From a candidate division WOR-3 bacterium (GTDB taxonomy: Bacteria; Hydrothermota; 32-111): a stretch of 64,000 nucleotides of DNA. The notes below the pieces were generated by a model. It worked only from the letters and a program-made list of their open reading frames with translations. It had not been told where the DNA came from and ran no database searches. Below, in pieces: positions 48,931 through 59,814 of this stretch (position 1 is the stretch's first letter; each line of letters opens with the position of its first letter). The stretch spans positions 1,024,001-1,088,000 of the forward strand of contig JBDRZU010000001.1 in the NCBI GenBank assembly GCA_039804105.1. The letters run 5' to 3'. The position numbers and the translations under genes were made by a program.

Positions 48931-49169
48931 TATTCTGGATTTTTATTTTTATTTTCGTTCTTTCGATAATTCTTTCTATCATCTCAATCCTTGTAAAAGA
49001 TCTTCTGTATTCCGTTCTATCCCTTGCTCTTTTAAGTTTGATAACATCTATACTTTTTCTTATTTTAAATGCTCCTGATGTAGCAATCACTGAAGCAGCA
49101 GTTGGAGCGGCTTTAACAACTGTTATCTACATCTTTGGAATCAGAAGAACAAAAAGGGAGGATGAATGA
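48927..49169 (+). CDS. MbxD-like (DUF4040) subunit
   Basis: LNAPDVAITEAAVGA. Confidence 0.88.
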   Translation: MIFWIFIFIFVLSIILSIISILVKDLLYSVLSLALLSLITSILFLILNAPDVAITEAAVGAALTTVIYIFGIRRTKREDE

Positions 49170-49996
49170 GAGAAACAGATTTTAATGTTGGAAAATTTTT
49201 TGCTTTTATTTTTGTTATGATCATTTTTTTATTTATGATTTCTTCACTTTTTGAAGAAGGGAACGGTCTAAAACTTGATCCAACTCTAAAAGATATAAAA
49301 AATAGAATATCTTATTTCCATTCCTTAAAATCGGTCAAGGAAAGTGAACGAATCCTTCAGAATTATAACGATTTTTCAAGATATAGAGAAATAGTTGATA
49401 GTGCAAAAACGATCACCTTAAATGAATCAAAAGATCTTGAAAATGGTTCAGCGAACCTTGTTACATCTATTGTTCTTGATTATAGGGGATTCGATACACT
49501 CGGGGAACTTCTTGTGCTTTTCATTTCGATTCTTGGACTAACAATCATACTTTCAGGGTTATCTTTTGAAAAGTTCAAAGAACCATCTTTTTTACAGATT
49601 ACAGGTGTAAAATTTATTTCACCTTTTATAACTCTTGTTGCTATCTATGTATTTTTACATGGACATCTTTCCCCAGGCGGTGGATTCCCCGCAGGAGCAA
49701 TGATCGCAACCGCCACACTTTTTTCACTGATTGGGTATAAATACAGTTACACCATATCCATTCTTAAAATCATCGAATCAAAATCTGGTTTTTTAATAGT
49801 TTTTCTTGCAATCTGTGGACTATATTTTACAGGTTCATTTTTTAGCAACTTTTTACCAACTGGAAAAGTTGGAGAACTTTTCAGTTCAATTTTGATTCTT
49901 ATCATCTATTCCCTTGTTGGATTTAAAGTTGGTGCGGAACTTTCAACAGGTATAAAAACCCTTTACGATGGAGAAAAAGATGCAAATAGACAATAG
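49166..49996 (+). CDS. MnhB / MbxE-F fused subunit
   Basis: NLVTSIVLDYRGFDTLGE and HGHLSPGGGFPAG in one ORF. Confidence 0.88.
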   Translation: MRETDFNVGKFFAFIFVMIIFLFMISSLFEEGNGLKLDPTLKDIKNRISYFHSLKSVKESERILQNYNDFSRYREIVDSAKTITLNESKDLENGSANLVTSIVLDYRGFDTLGELLVLFISILGLTIILSGLSFEKFKEPSFLQITGVKFISPFITLVAIYVFLHGHLSPGGGFPAGAMIATATLFSLIGYKYSYTISILKIIESKSGFLIVFLAICGLYFTGSFFSNFLPTGKVGELFSSILILIIYSLVGFKVGAELSTGIKTLYDGEKDANRQ

Positions 49997-50351
49997 AACT
50001 TTATATATTTTTTCTTTCATTATTTTTCTGATAGGAGTTTATGGGGTGATTACCAACAAAAATCTCTTCAAAATCCTTATATCTTTAAGTATAATGGAAA
50101 CAGCATTAAATATTTTTCTTGTATCAATAGGCTACATATCAGGATCAAAACCACCAATACTATTTTCTGGAATGAAAACAATTTCTCCTACAAATATAAA
50201 TATTTCTGATCCATTACCTCATGCATTGGTTTTAACAGCAATAGTGATAGGTGTTGGAACAACTGCTGTTGGAGTTGGACTTGCGATAAAACTTTTTAAC
50301 CACTATAAAACTTTAAATATCAACAGAATGGGAGATAAAGATGAATTATAA
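49980..50351 (+). CDS. MnhC/MbxG-like subunit
   Basis: KNLFKILISLSIME, DPLPHALVLTAIVIG. Confidence 0.9.
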   Translation: MQIDNRTLYIFSFIIFLIGVYGVITNKNLFKILISLSIMETALNIFLVSIGYISGSKPPILFSGMKTISPTNINISDPLPHALVLTAIVIGVGTTAVGVGLAIKLFNHYKTLNINRMGDKDEL

Positions 50352-51861
50352 TCCACCTGTTCTTCTCATAGCGATACCTGTTTTATCCTCTTTTCTCTCA
50401 CTTATTTTTGGAATTTACAACAAACTACTATCAAAAATAATCCTTGTCATAACAGTACTTTTCAATCTGATTTTTGGAGTTTTTCTTCACAATCTCGTTT
50501 TAAAAAATGGTAACATTCTTACAGTTATTGGCAACTATTTTCCTCCTTTTGGAATAAACCTTTTGATCACATATTTTTCAATTTCACTACTTCTTTTACT
50601 CTATTTAATATTTTTTGTGTCATCATTAATTTTCGTAGTAAAAAAAGATGAAAGAGCAGATAAAATATCTTCTCTTCTTTTGTTATATCTTGCATCTTTT
50701 TCAGGTATTTTACTGACTGGCGATCTTTTCAACATGTTCGTTTTTATTGAAATTTTCTCGATAGCAAACATAACACTAATTTCGTTAAAAGGGAACCAAT
50801 TATCAACAAAAGGATCTTTAAAGTATCTAATAATAACCTCAATAGGTGCTTCACTTTTTCTTTTTGGCACAGGATTTTTATATGGAATTTTGGGAACCTT
50901 AAACCTTGCTGAAATATCGTTAAATTTTGATAAGATATCTTACTTTTCAAAAATTTTCATCTTTTTGTTCTTTCTTGGCTCAATCATGGCTGAACTTGAA
51001 GTTTTTCCTTTCAACTTCTGGATCTCTGATTCCTATTCTGGTTCAAGAAATTTTGTCAATATACTTTTAAGTGGTTTAAGTTCGATAGTCGCGCTCTATA
51101 TATTTGTAAGATTGTTTATAACGATTTTTGGTTTACCAACATTTACGACGATCTCTTATTCTTTACCTTTCAATGTAAAATTCCTTTTACCAACAATCTT
51201 TGGTTTATCTGTTATAGTCAACGAACTTGCTGCTTTATCATCCAAAAATGTCAAAAGGGTTCTTGGATTTTCATCAGCATCATCATTATCTTTGATTCTT
51301 CTGTCAATATCAACCGGTCAGAAAGATGGAATCATCTCTGCAATTTTGATAGGGATTTCGGTTATACTATCTAAACCACTTTTGTTTCTCTCATCCCATC
51401 AGATAATGAAAGGAATAAAAGATAAAAATATCGATTCGTTTACAGGTGGTTTTCGTAAGCATCCTTTGTATTCAATACTTTTTATAATCGGAGTTTTCAC
51501 TCTTATTGGATTTCCACTAACTCCTTCATTCTATGGAAAATTTTTGTTATTTATCCTTGCAACCGAAAAAGTATCCTACATCACTTTAATCACAATAGTT
51601 ATAATTTTCTCTATAACAATAGAACTTTTTTATTACTTTAGGCTGATCCATAAACTTTTTATTCCTTCAGAAGAGAAATTTCATTTTGAGAAAACAAAGA
51701 AAAATTTTGCGTATATTTTTTCCGGATTATTGCTCACTTTAATAATAATCTTGATTTCAATAAAACCATATTTTACACAGAACATAGTTGAAAAGGCAAC
51801 AGATGATATTTTCTATAAATCAGGTTATATAAAAAGTTGTTTAAAATCAGGAGAAAAATGA
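50341..51861 (+). CDS. MnhD/MbxH-like proton-conducting membrane subunit
   Basis: GNYFPPFGI, TGDLFNMFVFIE, GTLNLA, GFPLTPSFYGK. Confidence 0.88.
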   Translation: MNYNPPVLLIAIPVLSSFLSLIFGIYNKLLSKIILVITVLFNLIFGVFLHNLVLKNGNILTVIGNYFPPFGINLLITYFSISLLLLLYLIFFVSSLIFVVKKDERADKISSLLLLYLASFSGILLTGDLFNMFVFIEIFSIANITLISLKGNQLSTKGSLKYLIITSIGASLFLFGTGFLYGILGTLNLAEISLNFDKISYFSKIFIFLFFLGSIMAELEVFPFNFWISDSYSGSRNFVNILLSGLSSIVALYIFVRLFITIFGLPTFTTISYSLPFNVKFLLPTIFGLSVIVNELAALSSKNVKRVLGFSSASSLSLILLSISTGQKDGIISAILIGISVILSKPLLFLSSHQIMKGIKDKNIDSFTGGFRKHPLYSILFIIGVFTLIGFPLTPSFYGKFLLFILATEKVSYITLITIVIIFSITIELFYYFRLIHKLFIPSEEKFHFEKTKKNFAYIFSGLLLTLIIILISIKPYFTQNIVEKATDDIFYKSGYIKSCLKSGEK

Positions 51862-53750
51862 TGATAGGAAAAATTTTATTATCAGGTGTCTTGATCTCCT
51901 TTCTTTCTCTCTTCGTAAGAAAAAAGTTTAACTATTTCAGATGGATTCTTTTCTCAATTTATACTCTTTTAACTTTATTTTTTGTATACATCTTGAAAAA
52001 TGATTTTTACTTTTCTGAAAACTATAAGATTCTTTCTTTATACGGTTTAAACTTTTCTTTGAACTTTAAAATAACACCTCTTGGCTGGTTATTTTCATTT
52101 TTTACAACACTTTTAACTTTTTTGATCTCAATTTTTTCAATACAAAAAAATCAAGAAGAAGAAAGTGAAAAGATCATATCATTCTTCTGGTTTTACCTTA
52201 TCGTTTCAAATATTGGAATATTTTTTGCCAGTGATTTTTTTACACTTTTTATATTCTGGGAACTTATGACTTTTTCATCTTATTTTGTGATCTCCCCGGG
52301 CTGGATGAAATCGTTCAGAGCTGTTAATTACTACTTTGTTCTATCAACCATTGGTGCATTTTTTATGCTTCTTGGAATCGGATTTCTCTATGCTGGAACA
52401 AAAGATTTTTCAATCGATACAGGGTATTTATATCTTTTTACACTCTTTTCAAAAAGTCCTTTACTTGCTGTTCTTATAACAACAACTTTCATCTTAGGTT
52501 TTTTCACAAAATCTGCTCTAATACCTTTCCATATCTGGCCTGCTCAAGCACACGCGGAAGCACCTGATGATTTTTCAGCCTTTCTGTCAGGGATAATGAT
52601 AAAATATGGACTTTTTGGAAATCTTTTATTTCTTGTGCCTTTGTTTTTACTCATAAAAGAATACCCCGCAACGCAGATCATAACCAACAAGATTCCACTT
52701 TTTTCACATATTCTTGCTTGGGTTGGAGCGATAACTTCAGTTGTTGCAACATTTCTTGCAATAGAATCTAACGATATGAAAAAACTCGCTGCATATTCAA
52801 CAGTTGCAAATATCGGCTATGCAACAACTGCAATCTTTACATTATCATCTTACGGGATCGCAGGTGGAATTTTCCAGATAATTACACATGCTATTTTTAA
52901 AACCGCAATCTTTTTATCACTTGCAGCAGTTAAATATCGAACACATGAAAGAGAGATGCATAAACTTGGTGGACTCGCTTACAAAATGCCTGTTACATTT
53001 TTAACATTTCTCTTGGGGATAATCGCTGCAGCAGGTATTCCACCACTCAACGGATACGCTTCAAAATGGATGATATATCAGTCCTTGCTTGCTTATAGAT
53101 TCCCATTCTTAACAGTTATGATCTTTTTATCATCAACTGGCGCATTTATGTATCTATTCAGAGCATTGCACTCAATTTTCCTTGGTCAATTACCTGAAAA
53201 GTTTGATCATATTAAAGAGGTTCCTATTTTGATGCAGATTCCAATGTATATTCTTATGGGTTTGATGCTTTTAACCGGAGTTTATCCAGGTATAGTATTA
53301 AAGCCCATAAACATTGTGCTTCAATGTTACAATCTACAACCTTTAAAGTTGACTTACACAACAATGTTTTCTACATTATCATCTGTTGATTCTCTAAAAG
53401 TTTTTCTCACCTTCGTTGGATCTTTCGCATTCGCTTTCATCCTCTATCTTTTAGGGAAACCAAGAAAACATGTCGAGCCACTTGATAATTATACAGCAGG
53501 ACAGGATCCAAAAGAGTTTGGTCTGACAAGAGAACTTTACCATTTTGCATTGAAATTCTATGAACCTTTTGAACATATATTTGACAGATATAGAACCGAT
53601 ACAAAAGAGTTTTATGATTCTTTTGAAAGGAAGGTAAACGAGATCGGTAAATTCTTGAAAGAAACTTTGTCCGGAAACATTAGAAACTCTGCATACATTT
53701 TTGTTTTTGGTTTAGTCATAATAATTCTTTATGGGTGGTTAGTATGGTAA
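51858..53750 (+). CDS. Second proton-conducting subunit (MbxH'/NuoL-M-like)
   Basis: FWELMT, PFHIWPAQAHAEAP, KKLAAYSTV, HAIFK, GIPPLNGYASKW. Confidence 0.9.
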   Translation: MMIGKILLSGVLISFLSLFVRKKFNYFRWILFSIYTLLTLFFVYILKNDFYFSENYKILSLYGLNFSLNFKITPLGWLFSFFTTLLTFLISIFSIQKNQEEESEKIISFFWFYLIVSNIGIFFASDFFTLFIFWELMTFSSYFVISPGWMKSFRAVNYYFVLSTIGAFFMLLGIGFLYAGTKDFSIDTGYLYLFTLFSKSPLLAVLITTTFILGFFTKSALIPFHIWPAQAHAEAPDDFSAFLSGIMIKYGLFGNLLFLVPLFLLIKEYPATQIITNKIPLFSHILAWVGAITSVVATFLAIESNDMKKLAAYSTVANIGYATTAIFTLSSYGIAGGIFQIITHAIFKTAIFLSLAAVKYRTHEREMHKLGGLAYKMPVTFLTFLLGIIAAAGIPPLNGYASKWMIYQSLLAYRFPFLTVMIFLSSTGAFMYLFRALHSIFLGQLPEKFDHIKEVPILMQIPMYILMGLMLLTGVYPGIVLKPINIVLQCYNLQPLKLTYTTMFSTLSSVDSLKVFLTFVGSFAFAFILYLLGKPRKHVEPLDNYTAGQDPKEFGLTRELYHFALKFYEPFEHIFDRYRTDTKEFYDSFERKVNEIGKFLKETLSGNIRNSAYIFVFGLVIIILYGWLVW

Positions 53751-54634
53751 ACAACTATATTATAAGATTTTTGTTCGCTGCTTTTTTATCGATTATACTT
53801 GGACTTCTTTATATGGGAATCGGAAGAAAATATATTGCAAGAATCAGAAGATGTTATGCAGGTCCATTCTACCAATCTTATATTGATGTGATAAAACTTT
53901 TTTCAAAAAAATCGATATCTCACAACTGGATAATGGATTTTGGAGTGATGATGGGTTTTGCAGGTATTATAGCAACTGTAATCTTTCTTCCAATCGGTCC
54001 ATTCACCGTTTTCCCTGATATGAAGGGAAACCTTATCGTTATAATGTATTTTATGACTATTGGATATCTTGGAATGGCTATGGGTGTTGCAGCATCTGGT
54101 AATCCAAATGCAACTATCGGTATCGCAAGAGCTCTTGCTTTGATGGTTGGATATGAGATTCCCTTCGCTCTTGCTGTTATTCTACTTGTTTTTGTAAACA
54201 AATCTTCACTTCTTGCAGACATTATAACCACACAACAGGGTTCAATCTTACATTGGAACGCTTTCAGATATCCATTCGCTTTTGTTGGCTCTTTGATCGC
54301 TTTACAGGGAATGCTTGGGGAGCAACCTTTTGATGCTATGATCGCTCCAGCAGAGATCGCTTCAGGACCAATGGTTGAACTTTCAGGGAAATTTTTGGGT
54401 TTTGGTTTTCTTCAACATGGTGCTCAAATATTTTTAGAGACCGGAATAATCGCTGCAATGTTTTTAGGTGGTGGGACATTTTTAGGATTCTTTTCAAAGC
54501 AGTTGTTTTTATATTTGATAACACTTTCGATCGCTGCTGTTTTTCCAAGATACAGATTTGAGGATGCTGTAAAATTCTTCTGGATCATTCCAACATCTCT
54601 CGTTCTAATGCAACTTTTAATCTTTTTAATTTAG
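53744..54634 (+). CDS. NuoH/MbxM-like membrane subunit
   Basis: RKYIARI..GPFYQSYIDVIKL, PFDAMIAPAEIASGPMVELSG, PRYRFED. Confidence 0.9.
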   Translation: MVNNYIIRFLFAAFLSIILGLLYMGIGRKYIARIRRCYAGPFYQSYIDVIKLFSKKSISHNWIMDFGVMMGFAGIIATVIFLPIGPFTVFPDMKGNLIVIMYFMTIGYLGMAMGVAASGNPNATIGIARALALMVGYEIPFALAVILLVFVNKSSLLADIITTQQGSILHWNAFRYPFAFVGSLIALQGMLGEQPFDAMIAPAEIASGPMVELSGKFLGFGFLQHGAQIFLETGIIAAMFLGGGTFLGFFSKQLFLYLITLSIAAVFPRYRFEDAVKFFWIIPTSLVLMQLLIFLI

Positions 54635-54643
54635 AGGTGTATT

Positions 54644-55201
54644 ATGTTGTTAACTTCAACAAAAGATTTAAAGGATAAAGGGTTCGAAGAGATTTTGAAC
54701 TTCTTTAGAAAAAAATCTTTATGGATGCTTCATTACTGTACAGGGTGTGGTGCTGTTGAACTTCCTCCAACTATGACCTCAAGATGGGATATGGAAAGAT
54801 TTGGTATGGGACCTATGGCAACTCCCCGTCAGGCAGATCTTTTACTGATTACAGGCTATCTTTCAGTCAAATCTTTGAAAAGAGTAATTTACACCTATGA
54901 ACAGATGCAAGAACCAAAATGGGTTATTGCATTTGGTTCATGTCCTATAAATGGTGGTATATACTACGACTCCTACTCTGTTATAAACCGTCTTGCTTTA
55001 TATTTGCCTGTTGATTTATCTATAGAAGGTTGTATGCCAAGACCTGAAGCGATCATTGATGGTTTCACGAAACTTATGAAACAGATCGAAAAAGGTGAAG
55101 CTATAGGATATAAAAAATATAAAGAGAATTACGAGTGGTACAAGAAAAATCAAAGAGAAGTTCTTGAAAGAACAACTCCGGTTTTAGAACAGGAGGAATA
55201 G
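54644..55201 (+). CDS. NuoB/MbxJ-like Fe-S subunit
   Basis: YCTGCGAVE, PRQADLL, FGSCPINGG, GCMPRPEA. Confidence 0.93.
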   Translation: MLLTSTKDLKDKGFEEILNFFRKKSLWMLHYCTGCGAVELPPTMTSRWDMERFGMGPMATPRQADLLLITGYLSVKSLKRVIYTYEQMQEPKWVIAFGSCPINGGIYYDSYSVINRLALYLPVDLSIEGCMPRPEAIIDGFTKLMKQIEKGEAIGYKKYKENYEWYKKNQREVLERTTPVLEQEE

Positions 55202-55692
55202 TGGAACAAAAAGAGTTGATCAGATATATTGAAGAAAATTTTAAATACAACAAAAAAATTCAAAAAATCGATGAAAAACAATTTTCGATAACTGTTGAGA
55301 AAGATAAAATTCTAAATATTCTTTCATTCTTAAAACTTATCGATTTTAAACAACTCGCTTTAATAACCGCTGTTGACTGGATCAAAGAAAACAAATTTGA
55401 AGTTGTTTACATTCTCTTTTCTTATTCCCATGTTCAACAGATTCTTGTAAAAACATTTATCGATCGAGATAAACCAGAAATTGAAACTATAAAAACTCTA
55501 TGGGAAGTTGCTTCGATGTATGAAAGGGATGTTCATGAATTTTTTGGTATCGACTTTATTGGAAACGATGATAAAAGACCTTTGATTTTGCATAACTGGA
55601 AAGATAAACCACCACTCAGAAAAGATTTTGATTCTTTGAAATATTCAAACAAAATTTTTGGAAAATTCAAAAAGGACGAGGAAAATGACTGA
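55201..55692 (+). CDS. NuoC/MbxK-like subunit
   Basis: TAVDW, YERDVHEFFGIDF, PPLRKDF. Confidence 0.9.
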   Translation: MEQKELIRYIEENFKYNKKIQKIDEKQFSITVEKDKILNILSFLKLIDFKQLALITAVDWIKENKFEVVYILFSYSHVQQILVKTFIDRDKPEIETIKTLWEVASMYERDVHEFFGIDFIGNDDKRPLILHNWKDKPPLRKDFDSLKYSNKIFGKFKKDEEND

Positions 55693-56821
55693 AATATTAA
55701 CATATCTTGGAAAAGATCAACAATACGAAAAGTATGAACTCTTCTTTGGTCCAAACCATCCTGGAATGCATGGAAATTTTTCCTACATATTAACTGTTGA
55801 AGGACACACGATAAAAAAGGTTGATCCTGATCCAGGTTTATTACATAGAGGTTTTGAAAAACTTGCAGAAAGAAGAAAATGGATGCAAAATATAGCGTTG
55901 ATACCAAGGATTTGTGTCCCTGAGCCAGATATAAATGAGGTTATATATTCAATAGCAGTTGAAAAACTTATGGGAGTTGAAATCCCATTAAGAGCACAGT
56001 ATATAAGAACGATAATCCTTGAAATGGCTCGTATAGGATCTTTCCTTTTCGGTTTTGGAGGAATCGGTGGAGCGACTGGCCTTTACACAGCATCATACTG
56101 GTCATTTTCTGATCGAGATTATCTACTCGATCTTTTTGAATGGCTCACAGGTGCAAGAGTTTATCATATGTTTATAATACCAGGTGGAGTTAGAAGAGAT
56201 TTACCTTCAGGATGGATAGATAAACTTTCAGAAACTGTTGATTATTTACAAAAGAGATTGTATGAATATGATAGGTTGATTTATAACAATCCTCTAATAG
56301 TAAAAAGATTGACAGGTATTGGAAAGTTAACAAAAGAGGAAGCAATAGAGTATGGTATCACTGGACCAAATTTAAGAGCAACAGGTGTAAAATATGATAC
56401 AAGGAAGATGGTGCCTTATGCTGCTTATGACAGAATTGATTTTGAGATACCAATACAAAAAGAAGGTGATGGACTTGCACGAGCGATACAGAAAAGAGAA
56501 GAATTTCAATTAAGTTTAGATATTATCAAAAAAGCGATAAAAGATTTACCTGATGGACCTGTTAGAGCAAAGATGCCAAATCCACTCAAATTTAAAGTTC
56601 CAAAAGGTGAAGTTTATGTTAAGATCGAATCTTCAAGAGGAGAACATGCTTACTATATTGTATCTGATGGATCTGATAAACCATACAGAATGGCTGTGAG
56701 AGGTGGATCATACACAGCAGGTCTTGTGTTAGCACAAAAAATCCTTGTTGGAATGAGAATTGAGGATGTTGCTTTATGGATGGCAACTATGGATATTTGT
56801 CCACCAGATTTTGATAGATAA
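55685..56821 (+). CDS. NuoD/MbxL(MbsL)-like catalytic subunit without a NiFe site
   Basis: FGPNHPGMHG, GLLHRGFEK, RICVPEPD and C-terminal DICPPDFDR; one Cys is left in each former CxxC. Confidence 0.9.
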   Translation: MTEILTYLGKDQQYEKYELFFGPNHPGMHGNFSYILTVEGHTIKKVDPDPGLLHRGFEKLAERRKWMQNIALIPRICVPEPDINEVIYSIAVEKLMGVEIPLRAQYIRTIILEMARIGSFLFGFGGIGGATGLYTASYWSFSDRDYLLDLFEWLTGARVYHMFIIPGGVRRDLPSGWIDKLSETVDYLQKRLYEYDRLIYNNPLIVKRLTGIGKLTKEEAIEYGITGPNLRATGVKYDTRKMVPYAAYDRIDFEIPIQKEGDGLARAIQKREEFQLSLDIIKKAIKDLPDGPVRAKMPNPLKFKVPKGEVYVKIESSRGEHAYYIVSDGSDKPYRMAVRGGSYTAGLVLAQKILVGMRIEDVALWMATMDICPPDFDR

Positions 56822-56830
56822 GGAGAAAAA

Positions 56831-58687
56831 ATGGATTACAAAAAGAAATCTATACTTGGTCCTTTAAGTTCTTTAAAATATCTTTTCAAAGATCCAATAA
56901 CTGTAAGGTATCCAAAAGAGAACAAAAAAACATATCCTGATGTTGAAGGTGTTTCACCACAATATCGAGGAAGACACATAAACGATCTTGAAAAATGTAT
57001 CGGATGTGGAACATGTATGGACATCTGTCCAACTGGCGCTATCGAGATGGTCGAGTTTGATGATGTAAAAGAAAAGTTTGGTGCAACAAAAAAAAGACCG
57101 GTTATCGATTATGGCAGATGTTGTTTTTGTGCTTTCTGTGTTGATGTTTGCACATCCTCATCTTTATCAATGTCACGTGAATTCATTAACAATTTTACAA
57201 CACCGATTGACTCTTTTATGGATAAACAGGGTGAAGATATTTCAAAAAATTTTATATTACGACCTGACACGAGATTTTCAAACAATCCTGGTTGGACAAC
57301 AAACAATGAATACTCCTGGCTTGAACTTGAACGAGTCGTAATGGGCATTTTTGATGCAAACACAAGAGTTGAATCATTTCTTGAAATGGTCAAAGGTTAC
57401 ACAAAAGAAGAGGCAATAAAAGAAGCAAGAAGATGTGTTGCTTGTGGTTTGTGTAAAGATGCATGTCCGATCCATATGGATATACCCGAATACATCCAGG
57501 CGATTTTTAATGATGATGTAAAAGAATCTGTGAAACAGATTTATAAAACTAATCCTCTTCCTGAGGTTTGTGGTCGTGTATGTACTCATAAATGCGAAAC
57601 AGCATGCTCAATAGGTCACAGAGGAGAACCTGTTGCTATAAGGTGGCTTAAAAGATATGCTGTTGATTCTTTACCACTTGAAGATTATACAAAAATTCTA
57701 CAAACAAAACCGATAAAACAGATAAATAAAAAGATCGCTATAATCGGTGGTGGTCCTGCTGGATTATCATCTGCATATTTCCTGTCTCTTATGGGATACA
57801 AAATCACAGTGTTTGAAGAGAATGAAAAAGTTGGTGGAATAATGAGGTATGGAATCCCTGCATACAGGTTACCTGATTATGCTCTTGACAAAGATGTTGA
57901 CTTCATAAAATCAATTGGTGTTGAGTTTAAAACAGGTTATAAGATGGATAAAGAAAAATTTCAAAAAATATACAACGATTTTGATGCAGTAATACTTGCA
58001 ACAGGTTTCAACCTTGGTAGATCAACAAAAGTTCCTGGAACAGAAAAAGAAGGTGTTATTCAAGCACTTGATTTTTTACAGGAAGTAAGGGAATTTCTAA
58101 CAGGAAAAAGAAAAGATGTAAAAATCACCGATAATGTTTTGGTTATAGGTGGTGGCAATGTTGCTTTCGATTGTTCAAGAAGTGTCGCAAGATTACAAAA
58201 GATGAAATATGGAAAGGTAAAAGTCACACAGGTGTGTCTTGAAACACTTGACATTATTCCTGCTGATAAAGAAGAAGTAGAAGAGAGTGCAGAAGAGGGA
58301 GTAGTTTTAATCTGTGGCAGAGGTCCAAAACAAATAGTTATCGGAGAGGATGGACATGTAAAAGGTCTTGATTCTATGAAATGTGAATCGGTTTTTGATG
58401 AGAATATGAATTTCAATCCAAAATTCAACGAAGAGGACAGGTTGATCTGTGAAGCAACAATGATAATCGAAGCGATTGGACAGGCACCAGATTATTCATA
58501 CATTCCTGATGAGATAAAAAGTAAAATGAAATTTGAAAGGGGTAAAATAGTTCTTGATAAAGATTTTTCAACTGGTGTTGATAAAATTTTTGCTGCAGGA
58601 GATATTGTAAGAGGACCTGATATTGTCAACGGAATCGCAACAGGTCTTAATGCAGCGATTGGTGTTGATAAAAAATTTACTTCTTAA
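56831..58687 (+). CDS. NuoI/MbxN 2x[4Fe-4S] domain fused to a GltD-like FAD/NAD(P)H oxidoreductase
   Basis: CIGCGTCMDICP and CCFCAFCVDVC; then EARRCVAC, CGRVCTHKCE, IIGGGPAG, VIGGGNVAFD, FAAGDIV. Confidence 0.9.
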   Translation: MDYKKKSILGPLSSLKYLFKDPITVRYPKENKKTYPDVEGVSPQYRGRHINDLEKCIGCGTCMDICPTGAIEMVEFDDVKEKFGATKKRPVIDYGRCCFCAFCVDVCTSSSLSMSREFINNFTTPIDSFMDKQGEDISKNFILRPDTRFSNNPGWTTNNEYSWLELERVVMGIFDANTRVESFLEMVKGYTKEEAIKEARRCVACGLCKDACPIHMDIPEYIQAIFNDDVKESVKQIYKTNPLPEVCGRVCTHKCETACSIGHRGEPVAIRWLKRYAVDSLPLEDYTKILQTKPIKQINKKIAIIGGGPAGLSSAYFLSLMGYKITVFEENEKVGGIMRYGIPAYRLPDYALDKDVDFIKSIGVEFKTGYKMDKEKFQKIYNDFDAVILATGFNLGRSTKVPGTEKEGVIQALDFLQEVREFLTGKRKDVKITDNVLVIGGGNVAFDCSRSVARLQKMKYGKVKVTQVCLETLDIIPADKEEVEESAEEGVVLICGRGPKQIVIGEDGHVKGLDSMKCESVFDENMNFNPKFNEEDRLICEATMIIEAIGQAPDYSYIPDEIKSKMKFERGKIVLDKDFSTGVDKIFAAGDIVRGPDIVNGIATGLNAAIGVDKKFTS

Positions 58688-58733
58688 ATTTTAGCTTAGA
58701 AAATACGAAAAAGTTTATAGTTTATATTTAAAT

Positions 58734-59282
58734 TTAAACAATAATTGCAAACTCTTTGAATTTTTTTCGAATAGGTCTTTTTGTTTCTTGCTCTTTTTGC
58801 CAATCACTCATCAAATCGTTTACTTTCCTATCATGTTTCCCAACTATTATCAAAGCAATAACATTATCATCTTTTTCAAGATTGAAATTATTTTTTATTT
58901 TTTCAACATCATAACCTGCTATCGTATGAGCAACAAGTCCCATCTCTGTTGCTCTTAATACTAAAAAACCAACAGAAATTCCTGTATCGAAAAGATAATA
59001 TTCTCGTTTTTTGATAACACAATCGTAATCTTTTTTTGAATAAATGATTATTACCATCGATGCTTTTGTTGCCCATCTGTTACCCTCTGGTAAAGATTCA
59101 AAAACTTTTTTTAAATTTTTTTTACTCTTAACAAAAATAAATCGCTCTGGTTGTTTATTGAAACATGAAGGAGCAAGAACTGCACATTCGGCCAAATTTT
59201 TAATTAGTTTGTTGTCAATTTTAACCGGCTCAAGGGAACGAAAAGATCTTCTTTTTTTTATAGTTTTATATACACAATCCAT
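58734..59282 (-). CDS. Nitroreductase family protein
   Basis: IKKRRSFRS, LAPSCFNKQP, DTGIS..LRATEMGL. Confidence 0.9.
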   Translation of the reverse strand: MDCVYKTIKKRRSFRSLEPVKIDNKLIKNLAECAVLAPSCFNKQPERFIFVKSKKNLKKVFESLPEGNRWATKASMVIIIYSKKDYDCVIKKREYYLFDTGISVGFLVLRATEMGLVAHTIAGYDVEKIKNNFNLEKDDNVIALIIVGKHDRKVNDLMSDWQKEQETKRPIRKKFKEFAIIV

Positions 59283-59391
59283 AGAACCTCCATTTAAAAA
59301 ATTTTATCAAATATCAAAAAAATTTCCATTAAAATTTTTTTGGCTCAAAAAATTTTGGTAAAAATTAGAAGATTAAATGAAGAAATTCTTA

Positions 59392-59754
59392 TTAAAAATC
59401 TTCAAATTTTCTGCAATGTCGTCTTATTCTATGTTGTTTACCAAAATTATCAGTGAATTTATTTTTGAAAACAACATTTCCACCTTCAATTTTCAGAGTT
59501 TTTCCATTTACAATAGAATCTGCAATTTTTTTATGAGCAGAATTTATAATATTTCCAAATGTTTGCCTTGATATTCCCATCAATTTTGCTGCCTCTTCTT
59601 GATACAAACCTTCAAGATCAGCAAGTCGTATCGCTTCAAGTTCATCTTTTTCGATAACAATTTCATCAAGCAAATTTTTTGGAACTCCAGCAGGTTTAAA
59701 ATAAACAACATTTGGTTCAAACCAAATAGTTCTAAATTTTTTTGGCCTTGGCAT
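59392..59754 (-). CDS. DUF134 family predicted DNA-binding protein
   Basis: MPRPKK.R, YFKPAG, ELEAIRLADLEGLYQEEAAKLMGISRQTF, IEGG. Confidence 0.92.
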   Translation of the reverse strand: MPRPKKFRTIWFEPNVVYFKPAGVPKNLLDEIVIEKDELEAIRLADLEGLYQEEAAKLMGISRQTFGNIINSAHKKIADSIVNGKTLKIEGGNVVFKNKFTDNFGKQHRIRRHCRKFEDF

Positions 59755-59814
59755 ACAGTTTAAAATCCTCGGTTTTTTATTTATGAAATATTGTTTAAAA
59801 TTACCATTGTTATA

